IMG/VR virus record: IMGVR_UViG_3300027518_000022 | Span: 1-35,478 of that record | Strand: one strand, 5' to 3' | Length of the DNA: 35,478 nt | Source of the DNA: a virus | Taxonomy: Duplodnaviria; Caudoviricetes | Shown here: piece by piece, positions 26,892 to 35,229 of the stretch | How positions within the stretch are numbered: the stretch's first letter is position 1 | Layout: the number at the start of each line of letters is the position of its first letter | Notes under the pieces: model-generated | What the model was told of the DNA's origin: nothing | Databases searched by the model: none | The model's input: only the letters and a program-made list of their open reading frames with translations | Program-made: the position numbers and the translations under genes

Positions 26892-27697
26892 ATACCACGC
26901 TTTACCATGACGGTGTCGAGGTTTCTTTTGAAACTACCTCCCGCGAAATCTGCGAGGCGTGGCTGGCAACATTGCCAGAGTTTCAGCGAGCCGTGAAATT
27001 CCGCGCGGTGCAAATGATGGCTAGAGACATGGTGAATGATCGCTGGGTTTTCACCGGAGATTCAATCCGCTTTGACTCTAACGGCCATTTGATTGACGGT
27101 CAGCATCGGCTGCTCGCGTTCCTGCAAGCTGATTTTTTCCCAATTGTCCTAGTGATTCGCGGATTGAAATCTCAGGTCTACTTTGCAATCGACGGAGGAA
27201 CGAGCAGAACTTACGCGGACGCATTTAAATACGCAGGGGTTTCCGCATATACGACAACGTCCAGTGTTGCGAGAATGTGGCTCAGTTACGCTGATGGGAA
27301 AAATCTAGGAAATCACCGATTTTCAAAGGCTGAGGCGCTTGAAGCATACGATCAGCACGCTGATTCTATTCACTGGGCAATCGAACGCTGGAATGTGCTA
27401 GAAGGATTGTTGAGCAAAGTGCGAAAAACATTTCTGGCATCATTGGCGCTTGAGCGAATCGGACCCGCGAAAACTGAGTCATTCTTTTTCGCTCTTGAAA
27501 GCGGAATCGGCAGTGCTGCGGCAATTGCCTTCAGAAAACTGCTCATCCGTGAATCTAACAAGACTAGGGGTAAATTGAGTCAGTCAGAACTGGCGGCACT
27601 AGGAATCAAAGCAATAAAAGCGCACGCAGAAAATAAGCCCATTTCGTTGCTTAAATGGGTCTCCGAAGAAGTATTCCCACACCTTGAAAAGCAATGA
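26888..27697 (+). CDS. ParB/Srx-like DGQHR-motif protein
   Basis: MARDMVNDRWVFTGDSIRFDSNGHLIDGQHRLLA; ID-G-R motif downstream. Confidence 0.65.
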   Translation: MNTTLYHDGVEVSFETTSREICEAWLATLPEFQRAVKFRAVQMMARDMVNDRWVFTGDSIRFDSNGHLIDGQHRLLAFLQADFFPIVLVIRGLKSQVYFAIDGGTSRTYADAFKYAGVSAYTTTSSVARMWLSYADGKNLGNHRFSKAEALEAYDQHADSIHWAIERWNVLEGLLSKVRKTFLASLALERIGPAKTESFFFALESGIGSAAAIAFRKLLIRESNKTRGKLSQSELAALGIKAIKAHAENKPISLLKWVSEEVFPHLEKQ

Positions 27698-28125
27698 AAG
27701 AATTTTCCATCTATCACCGGGACCGATTTGGGAAGGCCGCGACTATCCGATTCAACCTCGCCGCAGTCAGGCGCCTTCTCCCAGAGTATCAAATCACGGG
27801 CTTTGGCCTGACGACTCGCCAGCGAACCAAAATGCAAAGGCGCGTCAATCTCTACGTTGGCCTTGGGGGCAAATGCGATTTCCAGACGGGCATCGACGCT
27901 TCCGAGGAGCGTGTCATTCCCGCCCGAATCATCCCGGCAAAAGACGCAAAGATGGTTCGCGGGAAAATGGTCCCGGCATCTAAGCGCGAGGTCATACCGG
28001 CACGGATCGAGCCGGCTAAACCGGAGATCCTTCCGAGTATCAACCACCTGCCAAACGATGACATCCTAGACAGGGCGCTTCGTCTCGACTTTGCAACCAA
28101 ACCCAGAACGCTCGCATCAGCATGA
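27694..28125 (+). CDS. Hypothetical protein
   Basis: ATGA overlaps on both sides; repeated (V/I)IPA motif. Confidence 0.6.
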   Translation: MKEFSIYHRDRFGKAATIRFNLAAVRRLLPEYQITGFGLTTRQRTKMQRRVNLYVGLGGKCDFQTGIDASEERVIPARIIPAKDAKMVRGKMVPASKREVIPARIEPAKPEILPSINHLPNDDILDRALRLDFATKPRTLASA

Positions 28126-28754
28126 AAGAATTTCCAGACTGCACAATCTACCATTGCGAGCAACGCTCCGAGGAGTGGCACGACCTTCGCCGTGGAGTAT
28201 TGACCGCATCGAACTTCGGTCCTTGGCTGATCAACTCGGGCAAGGTCGCGGAACAAGCTCGCGAGCGTGCGATCTGTAAACTGATCGCTGAACGCGCAAA
28301 CTGCGAGTCCGCTCCAAACTACGAAAACTGGGCAATGCAACGCGGCACTGAACTGGAACCGCAGGCAGTTGCTGCTTTCGAGGGCGAGACCGGGATCAAG
28401 GTCGTGGATGTCGGATTCTGCCTGTCCAAATTCGGGAACTTCGGATGCTCACCGGATGGTCTTATTGTTGGTCAGTCTGTCGGTTTCGAGGGCAAAGTCC
28501 CTGTTCCCGAAACGCATATTCGCTACCGTCGCGCAAACGAACTGCCGGAAGAATATCGTTTCCAAATTTATGGCAGCATGGCCGTGACGGGCGCAACAGC
28601 GTGGCATTTCCAAAGCTGGAATCCCGGTCTCGCGCCGCTCCGCATCCTTGTCGAGCGGGATGAGTTTACCGAAAAGCTCAAAGCCGCGTTGATTTCGTTC
28701 TCGGAGCAATACGAGGAAGCGTGGGAGCAGGAGATTGCTGCAAACAAACGATGA
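28122..28754 (+). CDS. YqaJ/lambda-exonuclease family protein
   Basis: EQRSEEWHDLRRGVLTAS, MQRGTELEP, GCSPDGL, EGKVP. Confidence 0.9.
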   Translation: MKEFPDCTIYHCEQRSEEWHDLRRGVLTASNFGPWLINSGKVAEQARERAICKLIAERANCESAPNYENWAMQRGTELEPQAVAAFEGETGIKVVDVGFCLSKFGNFGCSPDGLIVGQSVGFEGKVPVPETHIRYRRANELPEEYRFQIYGSMAVTGATAWHFQSWNPGLAPLRILVERDEFTEKLKAALISFSEQYEEAWEQEIAANKR

Positions 28755-29068
28755 AACAATCCCCCACTGCTCGCAGTCTGGCTCACCTCCGAAAAACCTG
28801 CCAACTGGTCCAAGTTGTTGAGCGGTGGAACTCCTTCACCAAAACCCGACACGATCTCTTCGGCATCATCGACATCCTCGCGATCCGCGACGGTGATACG
28901 GTTGCGGTGCAATCAACGAGCTGGAGCAACACAAAAAGCCGCATCAACAAAATGACAGAGTCGGATGCGCTACCGCATCTGCGAGCCGCCGGATGGATCT
29001 TGCTGGTCCACGGTTGGAAGAAGAACAAAAACGGAAAATACGAAGTTAAGGAAATCGACATATCATGA
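28751..29068 (+). CDS. Small PD-(D/E)xK-type nuclease (putative resolvase)
   Basis: VERWNSF, DLFGIIDILAI, VAVQSTS, VHGWKK. Confidence 0.6.
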   Translation: MKQSPTARSLAHLRKTCQLVQVVERWNSFTKTRHDLFGIIDILAIRDGDTVAVQSTSWSNTKSRINKMTESDALPHLRAAGWILLVHGWKKNKNGKYEVKEIDIS

Positions 29069-29610
29069 ATCAAAAATACAAAATTGTTGACGGGCGTTGC
29101 GTTGCGATACGCGATTTTGGCGATGTAAAAACTGGCGATGTTGGTGGTCGCCTAGAGACAGAAAGGAATTTGTCTCATCACGGAGACTGCTGGGTCTATG
29201 GCGATGCGCGGGTCTCTGGCAATGCGCGGGTCTATGGCAATGCGTGGGTCTTTGGCGATGCGTGGGTCTTTGGCGATGCGCGGGTCTCTGGCAATGCGCG
29301 TGTCTTTGGCGATGCGCGGGTCTTTGGCGATGCGCGTGTCTTTGGCGATGCGCGTGTCTTTGGCGATGCGCGGGTCTCTGGCGATGCGTGGGTCTCTGGC
29401 GATGCGTGGGTCTCTGGCGATGCGTGGGTCTCTGGCAATGCGCGGGTCTCTGGCAATGCGCGGGTCTCTGGCGATGCGTGGGTCTATGGCGATGCGTGGG
29501 TCTCTGGCGATGCGTGGGTCTTTGGCAATGCGCGGGTCTTTGGCGATGCGTGGGTCTCTGGCAATGCGCGGGTCTTTGGCGATGCGCGGGTCTATGGCGA
29601 TAAAAACTGA
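29065..29610 (+). CDS. Hexapeptide-repeat (left-handed beta-helix) protein
   Basis: DVKTGDVGGRLETERNLSHHGDCWV followed by about 22 G(D/N)A(R/W)V(S/F/Y) repeats. Confidence 0.88.
   Translation: MNQKYKIVDGRCVAIRDFGDVKTGDVGGRLETERNLSHHGDCWVYGDARVSGNARVYGNAWVFGDAWVFGDARVSGNARVFGDARVFGDARVFGDARVFGDARVSGDAWVSGDAWVSGDAWVSGNARVSGNARVSGDAWVYGDAWVSGDAWVFGNARVFGDAWVSGNARVFGDARVYGDKN
29191..29601 (+). repeat. 18-bp coding tandem repeat
   Basis: Unit GGC RAT GCG YGG GTC THT repeated without spacers. Confidence 0.95.
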
Positions 29611-29626
29611 AAGAAATCGACATATC

Positions 29627-29806
29627 ATGAAAGACTACGCAATCGCATTACTCTGCCTCGTCACCGGACTTGGCTACGGACTCGCCTTCTACTTTGCCCT
29701 CGAAATGGGCGAGCAGAGGGATGAGAAAGATCGAGCCATCGCAGAATTGACTGAGGTCAGGGTTATGGCGGAATGGAGCAAGTTTGAAGAGGGGAGGGCG
29801 AAATGA
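29627..29806 (+). CDS. Small membrane-anchored hypothetical protein
   Basis: MKDYAIALLCLVTGLGYGLAFYFAL. Confidence 0.6.
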   Translation: MKDYAIALLCLVTGLGYGLAFYFALEMGEQRDEKDRAIAELTEVRVMAEWSKFEEGRAK

Positions 29807-30018
29807 GCGTTTCCGACTTCCTCGAAATGCCGGATGAAGTCCCGCAATGGAAACGAGACGCCGCGCAAATGGGCATCACGACGTTCTATGTTTTCGACAT
29901 GGCAGACTCATATTGGGAAGCCAGCATTGACTGGTTTGGTGATGTTGAGACCCAGTGCGGTGAGACTGAGCGTGAGGCCGTGAATTCGCTGATGTTTAAA
30001 CTGAAACTGGACGCATGA
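29803..30018 (+). CDS. Hypothetical protein
   Basis: ORF track; ATGA overlap. Confidence 0.6.
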   Translation: MSVSDFLEMPDEVPQWKRDAAQMGITTFYVFDMADSYWEASIDWFGDVETQCGETEREAVNSLMFKLKLDA

Positions 30019-30105
30019 CGGAACTTTCACTTTTCATCCTCTTCGCGATCCTGACTGCGGTTGCAATGATCGACGGAGTTCTTAAACAATAACCCGATAC
30101 AATAG

Positions 30106-30477
30106 ATGACAACAAAAGAAGCGATACAAAAACTAGAACCATACAACGCATGGATGAACGGCCATGGCCAATCCACAATGCCGGGACCGAAGGAAATTGT
30201 CGCGGCGATTCAATTCGCAGCTGAAGCTCTAAGGCAAATGCAAAAGCTTGAAGCGGTTTATAATGGAATTGATCCCGAAGGCTGGATTACCCATGAGCCA
30301 GGTGATCGCTTGCCGGTCGAGGAAAACGAACGGGTTGAAGTGCAATTGCGAAATGGGGAAACGTTCTCAGCCTTCCCTGCTTATTTTTGGGGATTGCCTG
30401 GCGGATTCTTTTCGATGTGGGAAGTGCTGCCGGAAAATCACGATGCTGAAATCGTAGCATGGAGGAGGCCGCGATGA
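30106..30477 (+). CDS. Hypothetical phage protein
   Basis: GWITHEPGDRLPV...VEVQLRNG...EIVAWR pattern seen in small phage early proteins. Confidence 0.65.
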   Translation: MTTKEAIQKLEPYNAWMNGHGQSTMPGPKEIVAAIQFAAEALRQMQKLEAVYNGIDPEGWITHEPGDRLPVEENERVEVQLRNGETFSAFPAYFWGLPGGFFSMWEVLPENHDAEIVAWRRPR

Positions 30478-30797
30478 GCAATTCTTTTATCAAAGACTTG
30501 TCGCTTTCCATCTCTCGGATTGAAGCGGCTTACGGCAATGCTGACGCATGGCCCAGAGTTTGCAAGACCCACCTGGAGCTTTTGACAGAGCTTGCACAAA
30601 GCCCTCGACCACTGCATCTCGGGGAGATTCAAGCGACCAGCAATATGGTCCCTTCCTGCGCTCAAGTCACGCTCAGTGCGCTTGCTGGATTGCTGGCAAT
30701 ACATTCGGCCCCGGTTACCATTCGGCGCGAGCGTGTAGCAATGCCAAAAACAGGCCGATGGGCCTATTTTTACCGCCTCGCTAAAGTAGAGGATTGA
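30474..30797 (+). CDS. Hypothetical protein, possible winged helix
   Basis: ORF track; ends ...GRWAYFYRLA. Confidence 0.5.
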   Translation: MSNSFIKDLSLSISRIEAAYGNADAWPRVCKTHLELLTELAQSPRPLHLGEIQATSNMVPSCAQVTLSALAGLLAIHSAPVTIRRERVAMPKTGRWAYFYRLAKVED

Positions 30798-30811
30798 TTA
30801 AAAGATTGGCG

Positions 30812-30868
30812 TTGCCATCCACTCTCGTTTTGTTGAACCTTTACGTAACGCTTCACCGTTACAGTAAC
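30812..30868 (+). promoter_or_regulatory. Seventh copy of the promoter motif plus iteron-like operators upstream of the initiator
   Basis: TTG at 30812, CGTTTTGTTG at 30826; GTAACGC at 30845, GTTAC at 30858, GTAAC at 30864. Confidence 0.55.
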
Positions 30869-30871
30869 ATC

Positions 30872-31753
30872 ATGCCAAACTACACAAAGCTTTTCAATTC
30901 CATCGTGACTTCCACAATCTGGACCGAAGATGACAAGACGCGGATCGTCTGGATCACGATGCTGGCGATTGCGGACCAAAATGGCGAGGTGCAGGCATCC
31001 ATACCTGGGCTGGCCAGATTGGCGGCGGTTAGCATCAGTGACGCCGAAATGGCCATCGCCAAGTTCCTTGGGCCTGACCCTTACTCGCGAACTCCTGATA
31101 ATGACGGGCGGCGAATTGCCAAGATTGACGGGGGCTGGGAGCTTTTGAACCACGCCAAATACCGCAGGATGGCAAGTTTGGCCGAGGCCAAGGAGGCCAA
31201 TGCTGAGCGGCAACGACGCCACCGCGAGCGTAACGCCCCCGTAACGCATAGTAACGCCTCCGTAACGCACCGTAACGCTACCGTAACGCCTCAGACCGAC
31301 AAAGCAGAAGCAGAAGCAGAAGCAGATACAAAAGAAAATAAGAGCGGCAAAGCCGCATCGGCGAACAAGTCGCCTCTTTCTTTCCCAGATTCATTTTCTG
31401 AGAATCGGAAACAGACTTTCCTCCTCTGGGCAAAGCACAAGGCAGAAAAGGGTCAAAGCTACAAGCCCACCGGATGGGAGCAGCTATTGAGCAGTCTCGA
31501 CAACATGACCGATGCCGAGCTTGACCAAGCAGTGAGGCATTCGATGGCTATGAACTATCAAGGCATCTTCCCGGCTCCAAAGGGCGAGCAGAACCAGCAA
31601 GGCCAAGAAACAAAGCCCAAGCTCGCCACCGCCCCGGCCAACTGGCAGCAAACAGCCGAGGAGCTTTACGAGCAGAGCTTTGCCGGAATGGCGTGGGAAG
31701 CGATCACCCCAACGCAACGCGGACAGATCGCGATGCACATCAACCAGGCATGA
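30872..31753 (+). CDS. Replication initiator protein
   Basis: YTKLFNSIVTSTIW N-domain, NAERQRRHRER, internal iterons, AEAEAEAD linker, AMNYQGIF C-domain; lies directly before DnaB. Confidence 0.8.
   Translation: MPNYTKLFNSIVTSTIWTEDDKTRIVWITMLAIADQNGEVQASIPGLARLAAVSISDAEMAIAKFLGPDPYSRTPDNDGRRIAKIDGGWELLNHAKYRRMASLAEAKEANAERQRRHRERNAPVTHSNASVTHRNATVTPQTDKAEAEAEADTKENKSGKAASANKSPLSFPDSFSENRKQTFLLWAKHKAEKGQSYKPTGWEQLLSSLDNMTDAELDQAVRHSMAMNYQGIFPAPKGEQNQQGQETKPKLATAPANWQQTAEELYEQSFAGMAWEAITPTQRGQIAMHINQA
31230..31289 (+). repeat. Iterons of the putative replication origin
   Basis: GTAACGC at 31230, 31241, 31251, 31262, 31272, 31283. Confidence 0.8.
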
Positions 31754-33057
31754 GCGCGAACTACCCATCCGATCCAGACGCAGAGAGGGCAGTCCTGTCC
31801 TGCGCCCTGCAATGGCAAGACTGCTACGACAAGGTCGCCGCGCATCCATCGGGAGCCGATCTTTTCTACCTGCCCCATCACCGCCTCATCTGGAGCGCCA
31901 TGCTATCGGCCAAGCTCAGCGCCGGGGGATTGGATCTCGTCACGCTCACATCGTCTCTCAGGGCGAGCGACGACCTCGACGCCGTGGGCGGGGCCGTAAT
32001 GCTCTCAGAATTGCTCTCAGACGTCCCCAGCCCCAAAATGCTGGCCGGATACCTCAAGACCGCCGAGAACGCCTCAAAACGCCGCAGAATCGCAAGGGAG
32101 TGCCATTCGCTAGCCGCAGATGCCTGCGACATGGGGAAGGACGTTGATGGTCTGGTCCAGAGGGCAGACTCAATCATCCAAGGACTCCTTCGGTCATCCA
32201 GCCAATCGAGGGCAAGGCGATGGAACGACGTTTTGGGTAAAACGCTTCAGCAGATCGACGATGCCAGAAGTGCCGGTGGAAGGATCCCCGGCCTGTCCAC
32301 GGGCTACGGATGCCTCGACTCTGCAACAAATGGCTATCAACCCGGCCAATTGTGGGTTGTCGCTGCTCGCCCTGGTGCTGGCAAGACCGCCCTCCTGATG
32401 TGCATGGTGCGCCACCTCGTCGAGGCCGATCACGCCACAGCCATCTTTTCCGCTGAGATGTTCGCCGAGGAGCTGGCGATTCGGGCAATCTCAGGCCAAA
32501 GCAAAATCGACTCTCTGAAACTCGCGAGCGGTAAACTCGACCGCATGGACTTTGGAAAGATCACATCGGCACTAGAGCAATCGACATCGTGGCCGCTATG
32601 GGTAGACGACCGTGCAGACATGCGCTTGGTTGACATCCAAGTTGGGGCGCGTAGACTCGTCAAAGAGGAGGCGGTCAAAGTGATATTTGTCGATTACCTG
32701 CAATTGATCAAAGAGCCAGACGGGAGCCGCAATCGAGAAGATGCCGTTCGCCGATTGTCTGATGGGTTTAAGCAACTGGCTAAAGAGCTTGGCATCACAA
32801 TTGTGGCATTGGCACAGCTCAACCGATCCAGTGAAAGGCGAGAAGGCAGGAAGCCCGTCGTTTCCGATTTGCGAGACTCTGGGGCAATCGAGCAGGATGC
32901 GAACGTGATCCTCCTACTCAACCCGCAGGAATCTGAGGCCGACGAGGATGCTGTCGATGTCGAGCTGATCGTGGCCAAGTGTCGCGGTGGCAGACTTGGA
33001 GCTTTGGAATTTGGATTCAACAAACCGACAACGACTTTTTACCCCAAACAAAAATGA
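31750..33057 (+). CDS. dnaB: Replicative DNA helicase
   Basis: DAERAVL, AARPGAGKT, FSAEM, VDYLQL, LAQLNR, DLRDSGAIEQDA. Confidence 0.95.
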   Translation: MSANYPSDPDAERAVLSCALQWQDCYDKVAAHPSGADLFYLPHHRLIWSAMLSAKLSAGGLDLVTLTSSLRASDDLDAVGGAVMLSELLSDVPSPKMLAGYLKTAENASKRRRIARECHSLAADACDMGKDVDGLVQRADSIIQGLLRSSSQSRARRWNDVLGKTLQQIDDARSAGGRIPGLSTGYGCLDSATNGYQPGQLWVVAARPGAGKTALLMCMVRHLVEADHATAIFSAEMFAEELAIRAISGQSKIDSLKLASGKLDRMDFGKITSALEQSTSWPLWVDDRADMRLVDIQVGARRLVKEEAVKVIFVDYLQLIKEPDGSRNREDAVRRLSDGFKQLAKELGITIVALAQLNRSSERREGRKPVVSDLRDSGAIEQDANVILLLNPQESEADEDAVDVELIVAKCRGGRLGALEFGFNKPTTTFYPKQK

Positions 33058-33347
33058 GAACAGCAAACATCAACGTAACCAAGATCGACAAGACCGCCCT
33101 TTACGAAGGCAAAAACGGCAAATACCTGAGCCTGGTCTTCTTTGATAACAAAGACGGGCCAGACCAATTCGAGAACGATGGCTTCGTGACTCAAGACTTG
33201 GGCAAGGAGCGCCGCATGGCAGGAGAGAAAGGGCCGATCATCGGCAACTGGAAGGAAGTTGGAACTAAGGGGCCGACTCCTGCGCCAACCAGACAGGAAA
33301 GCTCCGTGATTGTTTCCATTGAGGATGACTCTTCAATCCCTTTTTGA
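33054..33347 (+). CDS. Putative single-stranded DNA-binding protein
   Basis: INVTKIDK...GKYL core and acidic C-terminal tail EDDSSIPF. Confidence 0.65.
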   Translation: MRTANINVTKIDKTALYEGKNGKYLSLVFFDNKDGPDQFENDGFVTQDLGKERRMAGEKGPIIGNWKEVGTKGPTPAPTRQESSVIVSIEDDSSIPF

Positions 33348-33383
33348 TTAACGGTATTTGCGAACTAAACACCAGAGAATACT

Positions 33384-33626
33384 ATGAACAATAACCCACA
33401 AAAAGGAACCGCTACACGCAAGGCTGGCGGATGGCATCCGACGCTGGAATATACCAACGGAGGACGGTTGATCGGCGCTATAAGTTTTTGGACTGAGGAC
33501 CAAGCTCGGTTTGAGGCGTGGCAAATGATCGAGTGCATGGAGCGGAATCCAACTGCCTTTGAGACAAATCACCCGGGCGAGAATCAGATTATTGATCTCT
33601 CCGCAAACACCCAAGCTGACCTATGA
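33384..33626 (+). CDS. Hypothetical protein whose 3' end is the cassette insertion point
   Basis: Ends ...SANTQADL* here and ...SANTKAQATQPE* in the copy at 1-132. Confidence 0.7.
   Translation: MNNNPQKGTATRKAGGWHPTLEYTNGGRLIGAISFWTEDQARFEAWQMIECMERNPTAFETNHPGENQIIDLSANTQADL
33507..33610. repeat. 104-bp exact direct repeat, copy 2
   Basis: Identical to 1-104. Confidence 0.95.
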
Positions 33627-33700
33627 CCACCGCGCCAACAGACTCCGAATCCACTGAAACCGCCGACGCGGTGGGCATTAGGTCCAGCGCCTTGTTCGGG
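33602..33700 (-). mobile_element. attC-like recombination site (99 bp)
   Basis: CGCAAAC, 6 nt, gctgacctatgaccaccgcg ... cgcggtgggcatTaggtCcagc, 5 nt, GTTCGGG. The complementary GCCCGAAC is at 34694-34701. Confidence 0.88.
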
Positions 33701-34549
33701 CTTTTTGATCCACCACCGGCGACCAAATACAACTTCCTGTCTCTCGGGGCAGGGGTGCAATCCTCAACACTGGCACTCATGGCCGCGCATGGCGAAATCG
33801 GCCCGATGCCGGATGCCGCAATCTTCGCGGACACGCAGGCAGAACCGGAGAGCGTCTATCGCTGGCTCGACTGGCTGGAAAAGCAACTGCCCTTCCCGGT
33901 GCATCGCGTGAGCAAAGGCAATCTCACTGAGGTTGCGCTGACGATCCGCCAGAGGAAAGACGGAACGGGGCAATGGGCAAAAAGCCTGATTCCGGCATAC
34001 ACGTTGGAACCGGACGGCACAGCAGGGCACATGGGGCGAGCTTGCACATACGACTACAAGCTCTTACCGCTTCTGTCGGCCCAGCGAAAACTTGCCGGAA
34101 TCAAGCGGGCACAAAAAGAATGCACGGTCACAAGCTGGATTGGAATAAGCTACGACGAAATCCAGCGAATGAAGAACAGCCGGGAACCGTGGGTGCAACA
34201 CCGCTTCCCGCTTATCGAGCGCAAGATGCGGCGGCAGCAATGTTTGGAATGGATGGAAGTGAAAGGCTACCCGAAGCCACCAAGGTCCGCTTGCGTGTAT
34301 TGTCCTTATCACGGAAATCGTGAATGGCGACGGCTACGGGACGAGGAACCGCAGGAGTTCGCACGCGCCATCAAGTTTGAGAAAGACTTACAGGCCGCAA
34401 AATCGCAAACCGACAACATGCGCGGCGTTCCCTACCTCCACCCGTCCCGTGTGCCACTGGAGCAAGTGGACCTGCGCGACCCCGACGAAAACCAGATGCA
34501 ACTATGGAACACAATGCAAAACGAGTGCGAAGGAATGTGCGGCGTATGA
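33623..34549 (+). CDS. Cassette-borne PAPS-reductase-like (adenine nucleotide alpha-hydrolase) protein
   Basis: LSLGAGVQSS loop, AIFADTQAEP, RACTYDYK, WIGISYDE, FPLIE, PPRSACVYCPY, C-terminal CEGMC. Confidence 0.8.
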   Translation: MTTAPTDSESTETADAVGIRSSALFGLFDPPPATKYNFLSLGAGVQSSTLALMAAHGEIGPMPDAAIFADTQAEPESVYRWLDWLEKQLPFPVHRVSKGNLTEVALTIRQRKDGTGQWAKSLIPAYTLEPDGTAGHMGRACTYDYKLLPLLSAQRKLAGIKRAQKECTVTSWIGISYDEIQRMKNSREPWVQHRFPLIERKMRRQQCLEWMEVKGYPKPPRSACVYCPYHGNREWRRLRDEEPQEFARAIKFEKDLQAAKSQTDNMRGVPYLHPSRVPLEQVDLRDPDENQMQLWNTMQNECEGMCGV

Positions 34550-34755
34550 TCCCACAAGAAAAACTCCCGCGTGAAGCCCGAGAAGCTATCAACGAGGAAA
34601 TCGACTGCTGGGAGACGCCAGACAGTCCCGAAGCCTTTTGTTTTGCGATGAAACACTTGATGATTCTCCGTGACAAAATCGACGCGATTCTTTGCCCGAA
34701 CACCCGTGAATTTGTCCCATCAGCACCCACTCCACCCGCTTTTCAAAAGGCTTAA
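34546..34755 (+). CDS. Cassette-borne small hypothetical protein
   Basis: ATGA overlap with the previous gene; reads through CCCGAAC as P-N. Confidence 0.55.
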   Translation: MIPQEKLPREAREAINEEIDCWETPDSPEAFCFAMKHLMILRDKIDAILCPNTREFVPSAPTPPAFQKA

Positions 34756-34759
34756 TTAT

Positions 34760-35080
34760 ATGAAACATAAAAACGCATTTATTTTTTCAATGGGGGATTT
34801 GAAAAAGTTCCATCAAGCGAAGCGCGGGCGGCTGGTCGAAATGCACGGGGCGGATCGCGTCAGGCGTGCGGAGGAGCTAGCAAAGGTTACTGCTGCTTCG
34901 GTTGAAGAATGGCTGCAATACTCTCCTGAATATTTCGATTTGAGTTATGAGCAAGCCGGATTTCAAAGGTTCGCAATCGCTTCGGAATTGAAACGGGCCA
35001 AATGGGATGCCGGATATTGGGCCGGTTTGGCGATCTTGCTTTTTTTGGGCTGGCTACTCGACAGGATTTTGAATTTTTGA
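34760..35080 (+). CDS. Hypothetical protein with C-terminal hydrophobic segment
   Basis: MKHKNAF start; TGA abuts GCCGAAC at 35081. Confidence 0.6.
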   Translation: MKHKNAFIFSMGDLKKFHQAKRGRLVEMHGADRVRRAEELAKVTAASVEEWLQYSPEYFDLSYEQAGFQRFAIASELKRAKWDAGYWAGLAILLFLGWLLDRILNF

Positions 35081-35229
35081 GCCGAACGGCGGCGGTGAGG
35101 TGGCCCCCTGAAAGGGGGCTTGCTCTCCACTGTGTGTTGCCCGGTCGCGACCGAACTAGATTTGAAATGAATACCTCACCGAAAACCGAACCAGAGAGTG
35201 GAGAGCCCACCTCACCGCCGCCGTTGCCC
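35081..35229 (-). mobile_element. Atypical/composite attC-like site
   Basis: GCCGAAC at 35081; GTTGCCC at 35136 and 35223; perfect 19-bp inverted repeat 35085-35103 / 35207-35225. Confidence 0.6.

Larger units (their letters stand above)
29051..29631. repeat. 19-bp direct repeat (29051-29069 and 29613-29631) flanking the hexapeptide gene
   Basis: GAAATCGACATATCATGAA, identical in both copies. Confidence 0.9.

Noticed and set aside
29191-29601. Possible CRISPR array
   Set aside because: The 18-bp units are contiguous with no unique spacers and encode an in-frame hexapeptide repeat.
29063-29806. Overlapping repetitive ORFs in other frames and on the minus strand
   Set aside because: By-products of the stop-free 18-bp repeat; only 29065..29610 has a recognisable non-repeat N-terminus.
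33348-33383. attC site making the 80-aa gene itself a cassette
   Set aside because: ATTTGCG/TGCGAAC resembles a core, but I find no stem or GTT.
34695-34855. Full attC site in front of ORF 34760
   Set aside because: Only a partial pairing (cccgtgaattt / aaatgcacggg), and no GTTCGGC to match GCCGAAC at 35081; cassette status of this gene is unsupported.
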